Source: a virus
Lineage: Duplodnaviria > Heunggongvirae > Uroviricota > Caudoviricetes
DNA: 48,322 nt
IMG/VR virus record: IMGVR_UViG_3300028805_000080
Reading direction: 5' to 3' (one strand)
Both the position numbers and the translations under genes were made by a program. Positions 8,234 to 16,998 of the stretch are shown piece by piece (positions within the stretch are counted from its first letter, which is position 1; each line of letters opens with the position of its first letter). The notes beneath the pieces were generated by a model. It was not told where the DNA came from and ran no database searches. It was given only the letters and a program-made list of their open reading frames with translations.

Positions 8234-8638
8234 ATGAAATTTTTTAAATATTTCACATATAAAGAGTTGAAAGACATTTGTCTGAAGCTTGATGAAAATC
8301 GTTGTTATTACCGTCATCCTCAAGAAGATTTTATAGAGGTTCTTGGACAAGATATTGTAAATAAACTTATTGATGCTAGATGTATTAAAGATAGTCCTCA
8401 TATAACATATCCTGGTACTGATATTCCTTGGAATGGTGATTATTATAAAGATTGCTATGAGTTCAGTAAGAAATTCAAGAGAGTATTTAATTATTTAGGT
8501 TCACCATTTTGGCTTTGGTTTAAGATTTATATACTTCATATTTATTGGTTTAAGTATAAATGGCAATCTTTTAGAATTTGGTGTGGACACCATTATGAGT
8601 GGCAAGATTATGAAGGGTTAGCATTAGATGAAATTTAG
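8234..8638 (+). CDS. Hypothetical protein
   Basis: 134-aa aromatic-rich ORF ending in TAG. Confidence 0.7.
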   Translation: MKFFKYFTYKELKDICLKLDENRCYYRHPQEDFIEVLGQDIVNKLIDARCIKDSPHITYPGTDIPWNGDYYKDCYEFSKKFKRVFNYLGSPFWLWFKIYILHIYWFKYKWQSFRIWCGHHYEWQDYEGLALDEI

Positions 8639-8661
8639 TTATTTAAATAAAATTTAATTAT

Positions 8662-8835
8662 ATGGGAAATTTTAAAGATATTCTTTTTGGAGCATGTATT
8701 ATATGTTTTATATATAATATTATAAGTATTATAACCAATAATGAAAATATATTTCATTATATTTCACTTATTTTACTTATTATTTATTTTATATTGGAAA
8801 TCTTTAAACGAATTAACACACACAAAACTAGATGA
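8662..8835 (+). CDS. Small two-TM protein (57 aa), not in the ORF track
   Basis: MGNFKDILFGACIICFIYNIISIITNNENIFHYISLILLIIYFILEIFKRINTHKTR, with an ATGA overlap to the next gene. Confidence 0.6.
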   Translation: MGNFKDILFGACIICFIYNIISIITNNENIFHYISLILLIIYFILEIFKRINTHKTR

Positions 8836-9167
8836 AAGAAAATAAGCTATTAGTTCCTCGTTTTCCACATTTAAATAATATTGTTGACAAAGTTTTTGGA
8901 GCAGGAAATTTAGAGTCATGGGAATATGAAGAGGCAAAACAACTTGTATTGCTTGCAAAGGAAGAATTATTGAAAGACCTTGAACTAAAAGAGGTAGACT
9001 TGAAACAACTATATAGAGAATATATCAATAACACATATTCTGAAGAATTTGCTCAAAGTATATTAGATGATAATATAAAAGGTGATTTAGATAATTCAGA
9101 TTTATTTGGTATTATGTCTTATGGGTTTGAACTTGGACTTAAAACACAGAAAGAAGAAACGTATTGA
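8832..9167 (+). CDS. Hypothetical protein
   Basis: 111-aa ORF. Its C-terminal half resembles ORF 9350..9523. Confidence 0.7.
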   Translation: MKENKLLVPRFPHLNNIVDKVFGAGNLESWEYEEAKQLVLLAKEELLKDLELKEVDLKQLYREYINNTYSEEFAQSILDDNIKGDLDNSDLFGIMSYGFELGLKTQKEETY

Positions 9168-9198
9168 TAATTTCAAAGAATATTAAATAGAAATAAAT

Positions 9199-9375
9199 AT
9201 GGGACATTGTAATTTAAAGATGGATGATAATTGCTATGGTTGTCCTTATTATGGTTTAGGTGATATTGATGGTTGTAAATTAACAATCAAGTTTCATAAA
9301 GAGTTTCCAAATGGTGATGATAAACAATATGAACAATATATGATTTCTAATGGAAGAATTATTAAAAGATCTTGA
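9199..9375 (+). CDS. Small Cys-containing protein (58 aa), not in the ORF track
   Basis: MGHCNLKMDDNCYGCPYYGLGDIDGCKLTIKF... has C-x7-C-x2-C-x10-C spacing, a possible metal-binding site. Confidence 0.55.
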   Translation: MGHCNLKMDDNCYGCPYYGLGDIDGCKLTIKFHKEFPNGDDKQYEQYMISNGRIIKRS

Positions 9376-9523
9376 GACAAAAGAAATAGATTTTCATAAG
9401 GAATTATTATCTTTTTATAGATATACAAATGATAGTGGTAGTAAAATAGCACTTGCCAAGTATTTCTTTGATCTTGGAATCAAAGATCAAATAATGACAT
9501 CAAATTTACACCAGAGAATATAA
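9350..9523 (+). CDS. Small hypothetical protein (57 aa), not in the ORF track
   Basis: MEELLKDLETKEIDFHKELLSFYRYTNDSGSKIALAKYFFDLGIKDQIMTSNLHQRI, ending 2 nt before the next ATG. Confidence 0.6.
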   Translation: MEELLKDLETKEIDFHKELLSFYRYTNDSGSKIALAKYFFDLGIKDQIMTSNLHQRI

Positions 9524-9525
9524 TT

Positions 9526-9756
9526 ATGGGACAGATAGATAAAGATACTATTAAACAAGCAAAGGAAGTAGCATTAAAAACCTTTAACTCACTGTCATTT
9601 GAGACAAGAAAGAAACTTGCAAATGGTTATGATAGATTATTGGAAGTAGAATTGTTATTAAGTAGAGGTGATAATCTTTCTATGGCTACTATAAAGAAAA
9701 GAAAACGAGAACTTGAACAATGGCTATTAAATTGGTATAACGAAAATAAAATATAA
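9526..9756 (+). CDS. Hypothetical protein
   Basis: 76-aa ORF. Confidence 0.65.
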   Translation: MGQIDKDTIKQAKEVALKTFNSLSFETRKKLANGYDRLLEVELLLSRGDNLSMATIKKRKRELEQWLLNWYNENKI

Positions 9757-9881
9757 AACATAGAACTACTAATAGTGAAATGTATAGAGATATTTATGAT
9801 AGTAAAGAAGACTTCGTAACTATTAAAGTTCAGAAATGAAGTTTAAAGTGTGAATAACAATATTAATAAATACTAAGAGAA

Positions 9882-10151
9882 ATGGATAAAAATAAAGTTT
9901 GTACCTCAGCTTGTTTTATTGAACTTTATAAATGGTTTAATAAAAAATTATCTTCATGGATAGAAGGACATGAAGGAACATTGGTTTTGACAAAATGGGT
10001 AGATATGCTAAAAAATTCACCAGTATATTGTAGAGAAGATGATGAGAATGGTAATCCTACTGGTAATTGGTTTAGAATTACAAATTTTGAAGATCATGGC
10101 CCTAATATTACTTTAGTTATTAAAAAACCTGATGGAAAGATTGAAGTATGA
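9882..10151 (+). CDS. Hypothetical protein
   Basis: 89-aa ORF. Confidence 0.7.
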   Translation: MDKNKVCTSACFIELYKWFNKKLSSWIEGHEGTLVLTKWVDMLKNSPVYCREDDENGNPTGNWFRITNFEDHGPNITLVIKKPDGKIEV

Positions 10152-10165
10152 TAATCAATATTATT

Positions 10166-10196
10166 TTTGAATTTATTATTGTTTTTACTATATTTT
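10166..10196 (+). promoter_or_regulatory. Host-type (Bacteroidota) early promoter
   Basis: TTTG(AAT)-N19-TATATTTT upstream of the ATG at 10219. Confidence 0.65.
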
Positions 10197-10218
10197 ATTG
10201 ACTAATAAATAATAGTTT

Positions 10219-10716
10219 ATGATTAATAAGATTCAAACATTTTATGTAGATTATCCAACAGCTAAGCTTTTAAAAAAGTTTGGTTTTGGTGTTCCATGTG
10301 AGTTATTCTATGAATGGTTTCCTCATTTTTGTGGTGAGCCACTTTCTTTTGATGATGAATGTGAACTTAAATCAGAAGGACGAGGAGATGAGATTACATA
10401 TAAGCCATTAATTCAAAAGATGTATAATACTAATACATCATTAGGATTCAAGAAAAATTGTTCATGTCCTTCATTAGATATTGTTCGTGAATGGTTATTA
10501 GTTAATTTTAATATTCATATTTCTCCTAATCCATTTCCAAAAGATAATCATATGTATTGGGTATGTAATATTTGGAAAATACATGGAGATGACTATATGG
10601 ACTTACTTAAGACTATTATGTATAAAAGAAATAATCATCAAGCATTAGCCGATGGCATAGAATGGGCAATTAATTATTTAATTAGAAATAAAAAGAATGA
10701 AACAAGAAAACATTAA
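10219..10716 (+). CDS. Hypothetical protein (family common in Bacteroidota phages)
   Basis: YVDYPTAKLLKKFGF...CPSLDIVREWLLVNFNIHI resembles a recurring Bacteroides/Prevotella phage protein, as recalled. Confidence 0.7.
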   Translation: MINKIQTFYVDYPTAKLLKKFGFGVPCELFYEWFPHFCGEPLSFDDECELKSEGRGDEITYKPLIQKMYNTNTSLGFKKNCSCPSLDIVREWLLVNFNIHISPNPFPKDNHMYWVCNIWKIHGDDYMDLLKTIMYKRNNHQALADGIEWAINYLIRNKKNETRKH

Positions 10717-10990
10717 AGAAGTACTTAAAATTATTAGGAAATCTTTCATTATCAATAAATATCTAGAAAATTATCTTAAAGATGATATTGAACAGATAAT
10801 AGAAGACTATGATTTAAATCCAGATTATAATGAAAATGAAATGCCCACTATAATTGGATATATACTTAATAAGCCTGATAATATTGTTGTGTCTATTAAT
10901 TTCTTTGATGAAGGAAGTGAAAATGGAATAGGACTAGAGACCAGAGATATAAATATTAATGATTTCTTAAATTGGCTTAAAGATAATTAA
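10697..10990 (+). CDS. Hypothetical protein
   Basis: 97-aa ORF overlapping the previous gene end. Confidence 0.7.
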   Translation: MKQENIKEVLKIIRKSFIINKYLENYLKDDIEQIIEDYDLNPDYNENEMPTIIGYILNKPDNIVVSINFFDEGSENGIGLETRDININDFLNWLKDN

Positions 10991-10992
10991 AT

Positions 10993-11469
10993 ATGAAAAA
11001 AAGATTACCAAAAGATTTGCCTAAGATTGGAGAATATTATCATTTTTTTGATGATGGCAAATGTTCAATAGGTCGTCATTATATTTGCCGTATAGAAAGA
11101 ATTATTACTCCTGAAGAGTCAAAGAATATTAAAGTGACAGTACCTAGATGGGATTGGGAGAAAAATGAAAACTATTTTGAAGAGATAACACTTTGGAATA
11201 GATATCATGAGCAAATTCGAACACATGATGTATATGATAAAAATGGAACTGACTACTTAATTGAAGCTTCTTGTCCAACTTATGATAAGAATAATCTTTG
11301 GTTTATTAGACAAAAAGGTGGTGGATGGTTTTCAATTGATATTCAGAATTGCTGGCAAGGAGGAGAACTAGATTTTACTGGAAAGATTTTTGAAAGTATA
11401 GTCAATGAAATAATTGAAGATGGAGGAGATCCTTCTGGATATTATGAAGCAACTTATGATAAACATTAA
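10993..11469 (+). CDS. Hypothetical protein
   Basis: 158-aa ORF (LPKIGEYYHFFDDGK...GRHYIC). Confidence 0.75.
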   Translation: MKKRLPKDLPKIGEYYHFFDDGKCSIGRHYICRIERIITPEESKNIKVTVPRWDWEKNENYFEEITLWNRYHEQIRTHDVYDKNGTDYLIEASCPTYDKNNLWFIRQKGGGWFSIDIQNCWQGGELDFTGKIFESIVNEIIEDGGDPSGYYEATYDKH

Positions 11470-11481
11470 ATATTAGAAATT

Positions 11482-11928
11482 ATGGGATATAAGATTAATT
11501 CTCCTTGGACAAAGATTCGAGAAAAAGACATCAATAGACTTAATGAGATTATTGATGATGAATATTGTAATGAAATGGAGATTGGTAGAAAACTTCATAT
11601 TCTAGAAACTTTTGAAAAGAAACTTAATGAAGAAATCAATAGATTTAAATTTGATATTGTCATTAAGTTTATGAAAGCTAATAAATGGACATGGTTCTTG
11701 TATAAAAATGGTAAATCCTCTTATGAAGTTCCAACTAAAGAAGATATTATAGATTCTATTAAAGATAATTTCAAGCATGGATTATTTGAGATTATTGAAT
11801 TGAATCATAATAGATATGGTAGTAGTGGTGGTGGAATTGTATTTGAAATGGGTATGTTAGGAGAATATCCATCTGATGATAATTGCTATATAGATATTTA
11901 TTTTGATATTGCCCATTATAGTAAGTAG
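11482..11928 (+). CDS. Hypothetical protein
   Basis: 148-aa ORF ending in TAG. Confidence 0.75.
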   Translation: MGYKINSPWTKIREKDINRLNEIIDDEYCNEMEIGRKLHILETFEKKLNEEINRFKFDIVIKFMKANKWTWFLYKNGKSSYEVPTKEDIIDSIKDNFKHGLFEIIELNHNRYGSSGGGIVFEMGMLGEYPSDDNCYIDIYFDIAHYSK

Positions 11929-12033
11929 AAATTGTAATTGATTTCTACTTATTACTATTTTATAATTATGAATTTTATAATAAAAGTAATTAATAATTTT
12001 ATATTAAAGTATAAATCCTATAAAATAAAGCAT

Positions 12034-12777
12034 ATGGTATTTAACTTAGAAGAATTATTGCAACTATTTCCAAAGCATGAAAGAATTGATATTAATAAGA
12101 TTAAAGAATTATTAGATAGTCTTTATGATAATTGTACTCATTATCAAGATATTTATAACTATTTCTTAGAATATATTAAAACATGTTTTCCTGGATCTAA
12201 TCGTGAAAAATATTCATATGAATCTCCAGAGTATAATGAATATTTTGATTATATTTATGATGTTGAAAAAGATCATATGACTTTTAATAGTTGGATTAAA
12301 TATGTAGAGTCAAATTTCTTATCTAAGTTTGGACAACGTCGTACTTATGATGAAGCTTGTCTATTAGCTGCAGATAAATGGTGTGAAATGATGTTTAAGT
12401 TCCATTTACAAGATAATGGAGCTATTAATGAAGATCATGGAGGTGGATTTTGGGCATGTGCATTAGCAACAGTTATGAAAAATGACTCTATGAAAGAAAT
12501 AACTGAAGAGATGGTCAAAGCTACTCATGATAATCTTTATAAATATTATAAGAATAGATGTTGGTATGAATGTAAAGATAAAGATGATTCTTGGTCAGGT
12601 TATGTAAATCTTTATGTTGATTATCATCCAAATCGACCATTATATGATATTCTTAAAGATAGTGGAATTCCAGAAAAACATATTGATAGTCTTTGCCCAT
12701 GGAAGACTGGAATAGATATTGATGAAACAGATAATGCTGTAGTTGTGAAAGGATATCAAAAATGTAATTATTTATAA
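12034..12777 (+). CDS. Hypothetical protein (track start at 11938 is a TTG; the ATG at 12034 is more likely)
   Basis: MVFNLEELLQLF... The extra N-terminal residues from the TTG look like non-coding AT-rich sequence. Confidence 0.7.
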   Translation: MVFNLEELLQLFPKHERIDINKIKELLDSLYDNCTHYQDIYNYFLEYIKTCFPGSNREKYSYESPEYNEYFDYIYDVEKDHMTFNSWIKYVESNFLSKFGQRRTYDEACLLAADKWCEMMFKFHLQDNGAINEDHGGGFWACALATVMKNDSMKEITEEMVKATHDNLYKYYKNRCWYECKDKDDSWSGYVNLYVDYHPNRPLYDILKDSGIPEKHIDSLCPWKTGIDIDETDNAVVVKGYQKCNYL

Positions 12778-13068
12778 ATGAAATTTGATTTAAATAAACA
12801 TTTGAAAAATAATAATATATGGAAATGCTGTTCTAATTGCTATTGGTTAGGTAATGATTGCTCAGTATATAAAGAACCATATGTATATTATTATTGTCAA
12901 ATATGGAATCCAAAAGAAGAATGCTTTAAAGATGAAATGAAAAACTCAGATGAGATTTGCTTTGATCCATGGAGTGGAACAGCATGTGAAGAATTTCATT
13001 GGCAACCATCAGCAGATTTATGTGATAGTGATTGGGAATTATATAGAATAGATTTATATTATACATAA
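12778..13068 (+). CDS. Cys/Trp-rich hypothetical protein
   Basis: CCSNC...C...C...C pattern; abuts the upstream stop. Confidence 0.65.
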   Translation: MKFDLNKHLKNNNIWKCCSNCYWLGNDCSVYKEPYVYYYCQIWNPKEECFKDEMKNSDEICFDPWSGTACEEFHWQPSADLCDSDWELYRIDLYYT

Positions 13069-13077
13069 GATTAAAAT

Positions 13078-13950
13078 ATGTTATCATTAGAAAAGAAAAT
13101 AGAGTTAGCTACATGGCTTTGTGAATATAATCATTGTATTGCCTTAACCGGATCTATGATGCTTTATCTTCGTTGGATCAAGAAACCAGGCAATAGTCTT
13201 GAAAATTTCTATTTAGGACGAGAACCTCAAGATTTGGATTTTATAGTAAATACTGAAGAATGTTTTGAAGATGAAATGAGTCTTACTCTTCCACCATTTA
13301 TTGAAGGACTAGAATCACAAGACTCAAAATTTGATAGTTATCCTATACTTAAAAGATTCTATTTAGATGGAACTAAAGTAGAATTTATTGAAATGCCACA
13401 TTTCCGTTATACTTGGGAAACTATACCTCATTTTGGAGATAAAGGATTTAAGTTTGAAGATATAAAAGAATCTATTGAAAGACTTAAACGAGGTCAAGGA
13501 GATATTCGGCTTGCTTTGATAACTGATCTTTATGCAGCTAAAGCAAGATATATTGAAGAAGATGAAAATAAAGAATATATTGAAAAAACTAAGAATGACT
13601 TATTTCTTTTAAATCCTATTCTTAAAGAAGTATATTTTGATGAATATCTTACAATTATTGAATCTTATCTTAGTAATTCTTGGTATGATTCACATAAATA
13701 TGTAGATGATGGTCGTAAGCTATCAGAATCTATGATTAAGAAACTTATTGTTGATAATGATCCTAATAAAGAAAAATGGTTTGAATACATAACTAAGATT
13801 AATCATGATTATATTCAACAATTCAAGAATTGGTATAAAAATACTAAAGATAGATTTTATGATTCTTATGGATATTCTTATCAAATGAAACAGACAATAA
13901 ATAAGCTATTATATGCATTTGAAATACCTTTTGAACTCAATAAAATATAA
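13078..13950 (+). CDS. Pol-beta-superfamily nucleotidyltransferase-like protein
   Basis: IALTGSMMLYL...REPQDLDFIV matches the hG[GS]...DhDh nucleotidyltransferase signature. A later KVEF strand may supply the third carboxylate. Confidence 0.6.
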   Translation: MLSLEKKIELATWLCEYNHCIALTGSMMLYLRWIKKPGNSLENFYLGREPQDLDFIVNTEECFEDEMSLTLPPFIEGLESQDSKFDSYPILKRFYLDGTKVEFIEMPHFRYTWETIPHFGDKGFKFEDIKESIERLKRGQGDIRLALITDLYAAKARYIEEDENKEYIEKTKNDLFLLNPILKEVYFDEYLTIIESYLSNSWYDSHKYVDDGRKLSESMIKKLIVDNDPNKEKWFEYITKINHDYIQQFKNWYKNTKDRFYDSYGYSYQMKQTINKLLYAFEIPFELNKI

Positions 13951-14596
13951 GATATGGAACTATTTTTATTATAAGTCTCCTATTTATATATGTCTTAACC
14001 CATTTAAGATATTTGAATTCTGGTGGGAAGCAAGAAAAGATTTTTTAAAACCAGAGATAGTAAAGCATAAACTTAAAAGAGGAGACTCTTTAGGATCTGA
14101 TTATTTTTATCTTAATACTAATGTTAATAATAAATGGTTACATATTAATTTTGAACCATGTGGATGGAAAAGCAAATTTGAAGATGTAAGATTTGAATCA
14201 GTTCCATATATTCTTATTGTTTGGCTTAATAAAGTATGGGTATGGGGTTTAGAAGCTCCACTTTATGAACAAAAAACACCTAATGAATATCATTATAAGC
14301 ATTATTGGGTAAAAGATAATATGCTTTATTGGGAAAGTATTCTTAGATATAATATACTTTATCATAAGAATATTATAAAAACTTATCAGAATAATATATG
14401 GACCAGGACTTATCATGTAGAGAATCTTAAAGATGGAGGATATCATAAGCTTGAAATTCAAGATACTATTTTCCAAGCATTGACACCTAAAAGTAAAAGA
14501 TTAATAAAGGAACATTATGATTTCTTGAATAGAGTTCCTCCTCCACATAAAAAACATAATAAAGAAAATGAAGGATCCACAGAAAATAAAGAATAG
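13913..14596 (+). CDS. Hypothetical protein
   Basis: 227-aa W/Y-rich ORF overlapping its neighbours. Confidence 0.7.
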   Translation: MHLKYLLNSIKYKIWNYFYYKSPIYICLNPFKIFEFWWEARKDFLKPEIVKHKLKRGDSLGSDYFYLNTNVNNKWLHINFEPCGWKSKFEDVRFESVPYILIVWLNKVWVWGLEAPLYEQKTPNEYHYKHYWVKDNMLYWESILRYNILYHKNIIKTYQNNIWTRTYHVENLKDGGYHKLEIQDTIFQALTPKSKRLIKEHYDFLNRVPPPHKKHNKENEGSTENKE

Positions 14597-14966
14597 TTTT
14601 TTAGATCTTATTAAAAAAGAATATAATGCTCAAGATATTCTTTTTGATGATGTAAAGAAAATAACAGAAAAAAACCTTAAGTCATTTCCTTTATATAGAT
14701 TTAGTGAATATAAGATTTTCAATATAAAATATATGAAATATATTATAGGATTTGATAATTGTTATAATATGATTTTATTTTATTCTGATGGAAGTTTTAT
14801 TGAAGGTTTTATACAAACAGATATTATAAGCTTAATTATACAAGATAGTGAAAAGATAAACTTATTTGAAAAAAGACAAAAAGAACTTAATAAGTTTATA
14901 GAATGGCTCAAAAAAGAATTTGATAAAAGAAATATATGTAATCATCATAATGGAATTAACAGTTAA
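14568..14966 (+). CDS. Hypothetical protein
   Basis: 132-aa ORF. Confidence 0.65.
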   Translation: MKDPQKIKNSFLDLIKKEYNAQDILFDDVKKITEKNLKSFPLYRFSEYKIFNIKYMKYIIGFDNCYNMILFYSDGSFIEGFIQTDIISLIIQDSEKINLFEKRQKELNKFIEWLKKEFDKRNICNHHNGINS

Positions 14967-15426
14967 TGTAATGAAGTTTGACACTCCAAATAAAGCTGGT
15001 AGAATATATTCTAAAGAAGTTATGGAGAAAGCTGTCAAACAATTTAATGAAAATAATAATAAATTTGGTATATTAGGTACTTCAGAATGTTCAGATCCAA
15101 CAACAATATCTTTAGGAGAAATATCACATAAAGTCAAAAATATGAGAATTGAAGAAGATCATCTTAAATGTGATATAGAAGTATTGAATACACCAAAAGG
15201 AAATACATTAAATGCTTTACTTGAAAGTGGAGCTAAATTAGCTATAGCTCCAAGAATGAATATAGATATTCAAGAAGAAAAAGATGAGGAAGGAAATGTA
15301 ATTCTTGATGAAAATGGTAAGCCAAAAACTTATATAGCAGATGCAGATATAATAAGTGTAAATGTAATACCAAATGAATATCGGACTTTTGAAGATAATA
15401 CAATAATAATACCTGATAAAACTTGA
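14950..15426 (+). CDS. T4 gp21-like prohead protease homologue, apparently lacking the catalytic His and Ser
   Basis: FDTPNKAGRIYSKEVMEKAVKQF, ISHKVKNMRIEEDHLKCDIEVLNTPKGNTLNALLESG align with the gp21 family. GELxHP is replaced by GILGTSE and GVSSRG by AIAPRM. Likely start is the ATG at 14950. Confidence 0.7.
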   Translation: MELTVNVMKFDTPNKAGRIYSKEVMEKAVKQFNENNNKFGILGTSECSDPTTISLGEISHKVKNMRIEEDHLKCDIEVLNTPKGNTLNALLESGAKLAIAPRMNIDIQEEKDEEGNVILDENGKPKTYIADADIISVNVIPNEYRTFEDNTIIIPDKT

Positions 15427-15432
15427 ATTTTA

Positions 15433-15894
15433 TCAGGTATTTTCTTTATGACATATTCTTGGAGCACATCCTTCTACATTAAATGATATGATATTTTTAT
15501 GATCTGTTACTAAATAAATACCATGTTTATTTCTATCTTTATCTATAAACATATCATCAGTATCAATTACAATTTCTGGATTATTTTTTAGATAATCATA
15601 AACATATGCATTATCATCATTACAAGGAATATATTTATCTATTATATGTTTAGGTATTTTATGTTCTTTCATTATATTTATTCCCCACGCAGGACAATAA
15701 AAACTAACTTCTTTAACATTATTATCATTTATCCATTCTTTAAGAATATTATAGATTTCATCATAATATTTCTTATAAAACTTTTTATAATATTCTACTC
15801 CCCAAGTTTCTATAATTTCATCAATAAGATAATTAATTTTACTATTCTTATTAATATGTAATTTCTCTATTATATAATTATTTAAATTTTTCAT
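15433..15894 (-). CDS. Hypothetical protein with conserved N-terminal leader
   Basis: Begins MKNLNNYIIEKLHINKNSK. Confidence 0.75.
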   Translation of the reverse strand: MKNLNNYIIEKLHINKNSKINYLIDEIIETWGVEYYKKFYKKYYDEIYNILKEWINDNNVKEVSFYCPAWGINIMKEHKIPKHIIDKYIPCNDDNAYVYDYLKNNPEIVIDTDDMFIDKDRNKHGIYLVTDHKNIISFNVEGCAPRICHKENT

Positions 15895-15900
15895 ATAATA

Positions 15901-16248
15901 TCAATCAACTAATTTAACTGTCTCTGTTCGTGAATATGGATCTTTACCTAAATTACGAATAATTGTAAGTATTTTTTCTTTTTTAAAAAACTTAATTATA
16001 TTAGATTCATCAAAATAAACTACAAGCTTATCATATTCATTAAATAATTGCCAATAGAAATTTCCTCCAGATTCTTTTTTAGCTATTCTATAAATCAATT
16101 CAGTTTCTTGTTGATCAATTAATTTTAATTTAATTGGTAATTGTATTTCTTCTTTAAAATTATCTAAATCAAATTTAAAAAAATCATTTACTTTAGTATC
16201 TTTATTTATTTTAAGTTTCTCTTGTATAAATTGGTTGATTTGTTTCAT
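15901..16248 (-). CDS. Hypothetical protein with conserved N-terminal leader
   Basis: Begins MKQINQFIQEKLKINKDTK. Confidence 0.75.
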   Translation of the reverse strand: MKQINQFIQEKLKINKDTKVNDFFKFDLDNFKEEIQLPIKLKLIDQQETELIYRIAKKESGGNFYWQLFNEYDKLVVYFDESNIIKFFKKEKILTIIRNLGKDPYSRTETVKLVD

Positions 16249-16562
16249 GTCAATTTGATAAATGGATTATCTTTTAAACTATCAATAATTAAGTTTAGTT
16301 CATCACATATATTTTTAAAGTCTATTATATCATTTATATCTAAGCTAAACCATTCTCCAACTTCTCTTTTATTATGAAATCTCATATGTAATAGTTTTTC
16401 TAATCTAAATGGATATTCACATTGATAATAAGAACGTATGAATAATTCTGTTGAGTTTCCTGTTTGAAGTTTTCTAACTCTCTCTTCAATATCTTTCTTC
16501 TTTGTTACTCCTATCTTAAAAGTATCATTAGATGGATCACAAATCAAATATACATATCCCAT
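16245..16562 (-). CDS. T5orf172/MUG113-like GIY-YIG superfamily nuclease
   Basis: GYVYLI...FKIGVT...ERVRKLQTGNS...LEKLLHMRF...GEWF. The start at 16562 is 1 nt after the upstream stop (the track uses 16592). Confidence 0.8.
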   Translation of the reverse strand: MGYVYLICDPSNDTFKIGVTKKKDIEERVRKLQTGNSTELFIRSYYQCEYPFRLEKLLHMRFHNKREVGEWFSLDINDIIDFKNICDELNLIIDSLKDNPFIKLT

Positions 16563-16563
16563 A

Positions 16564-16998
16564 TTACCATAAGAATTTCTTATATTTATCACTATTTAGC
16601 TTTACTTTCATAACAAGTACAAAAATAAATAACTCTTGTTCTGTATAATATCCTCTTTTGATTATTTCATCTTTAAATACATTTGCTGCTTCTTCCCATT
16701 CTAAATCCATAGCAGCAATCCATCGTTTTATCATTTTCTCTCTATTCTTGATTGTTGCTACTAATCTTTCTGGCTTAGATCCTTTTTTATAATAATCTTC
16801 CATTTTCTCCATATTTGTCCATTCACTTTGTGGAGTCTTGAAGGACATATCATTTTTTAAGCCAGTAGGAATATCATTTCTTGTATATTTGCTTAACAAA
16901 TCTTTAATATCTTCATCAGAATATTCTTTTTTCTTATTAGATTTCATGTCTTTATTAACATGAAGTTTCTCTATTATAAAATCTTTAAAATTATACAT
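16564..16998 (-). CDS. Hypothetical protein with conserved N-terminal leader (start revised)
   Basis: The ATG at 16998 gives MYNFKDFIIEKLHVNKDMK and overlaps the stop of 16991..17461. The track start at 17067 adds 23 implausible residues. Confidence 0.75.
   Translation of the reverse strand: MYNFKDFIIEKLHVNKDMKSNKKKEYSDEDIKDLLSKYTRNDIPTGLKNDMSFKTPQSEWTNMEKMEDYYKKGSKPERLVATIKNREKMIKRWIAAMDLEWEEAANVFKDEIIKRGYYTEQELFIFVLVMKVKLNSDKYKKFLW

Noticed and set aside
9757-9881. Possible ncRNA or small ORF in a 125-nt gap
   Set aside because: Only a 19-codon ORF is present, with no hairpin or recognisable motif.
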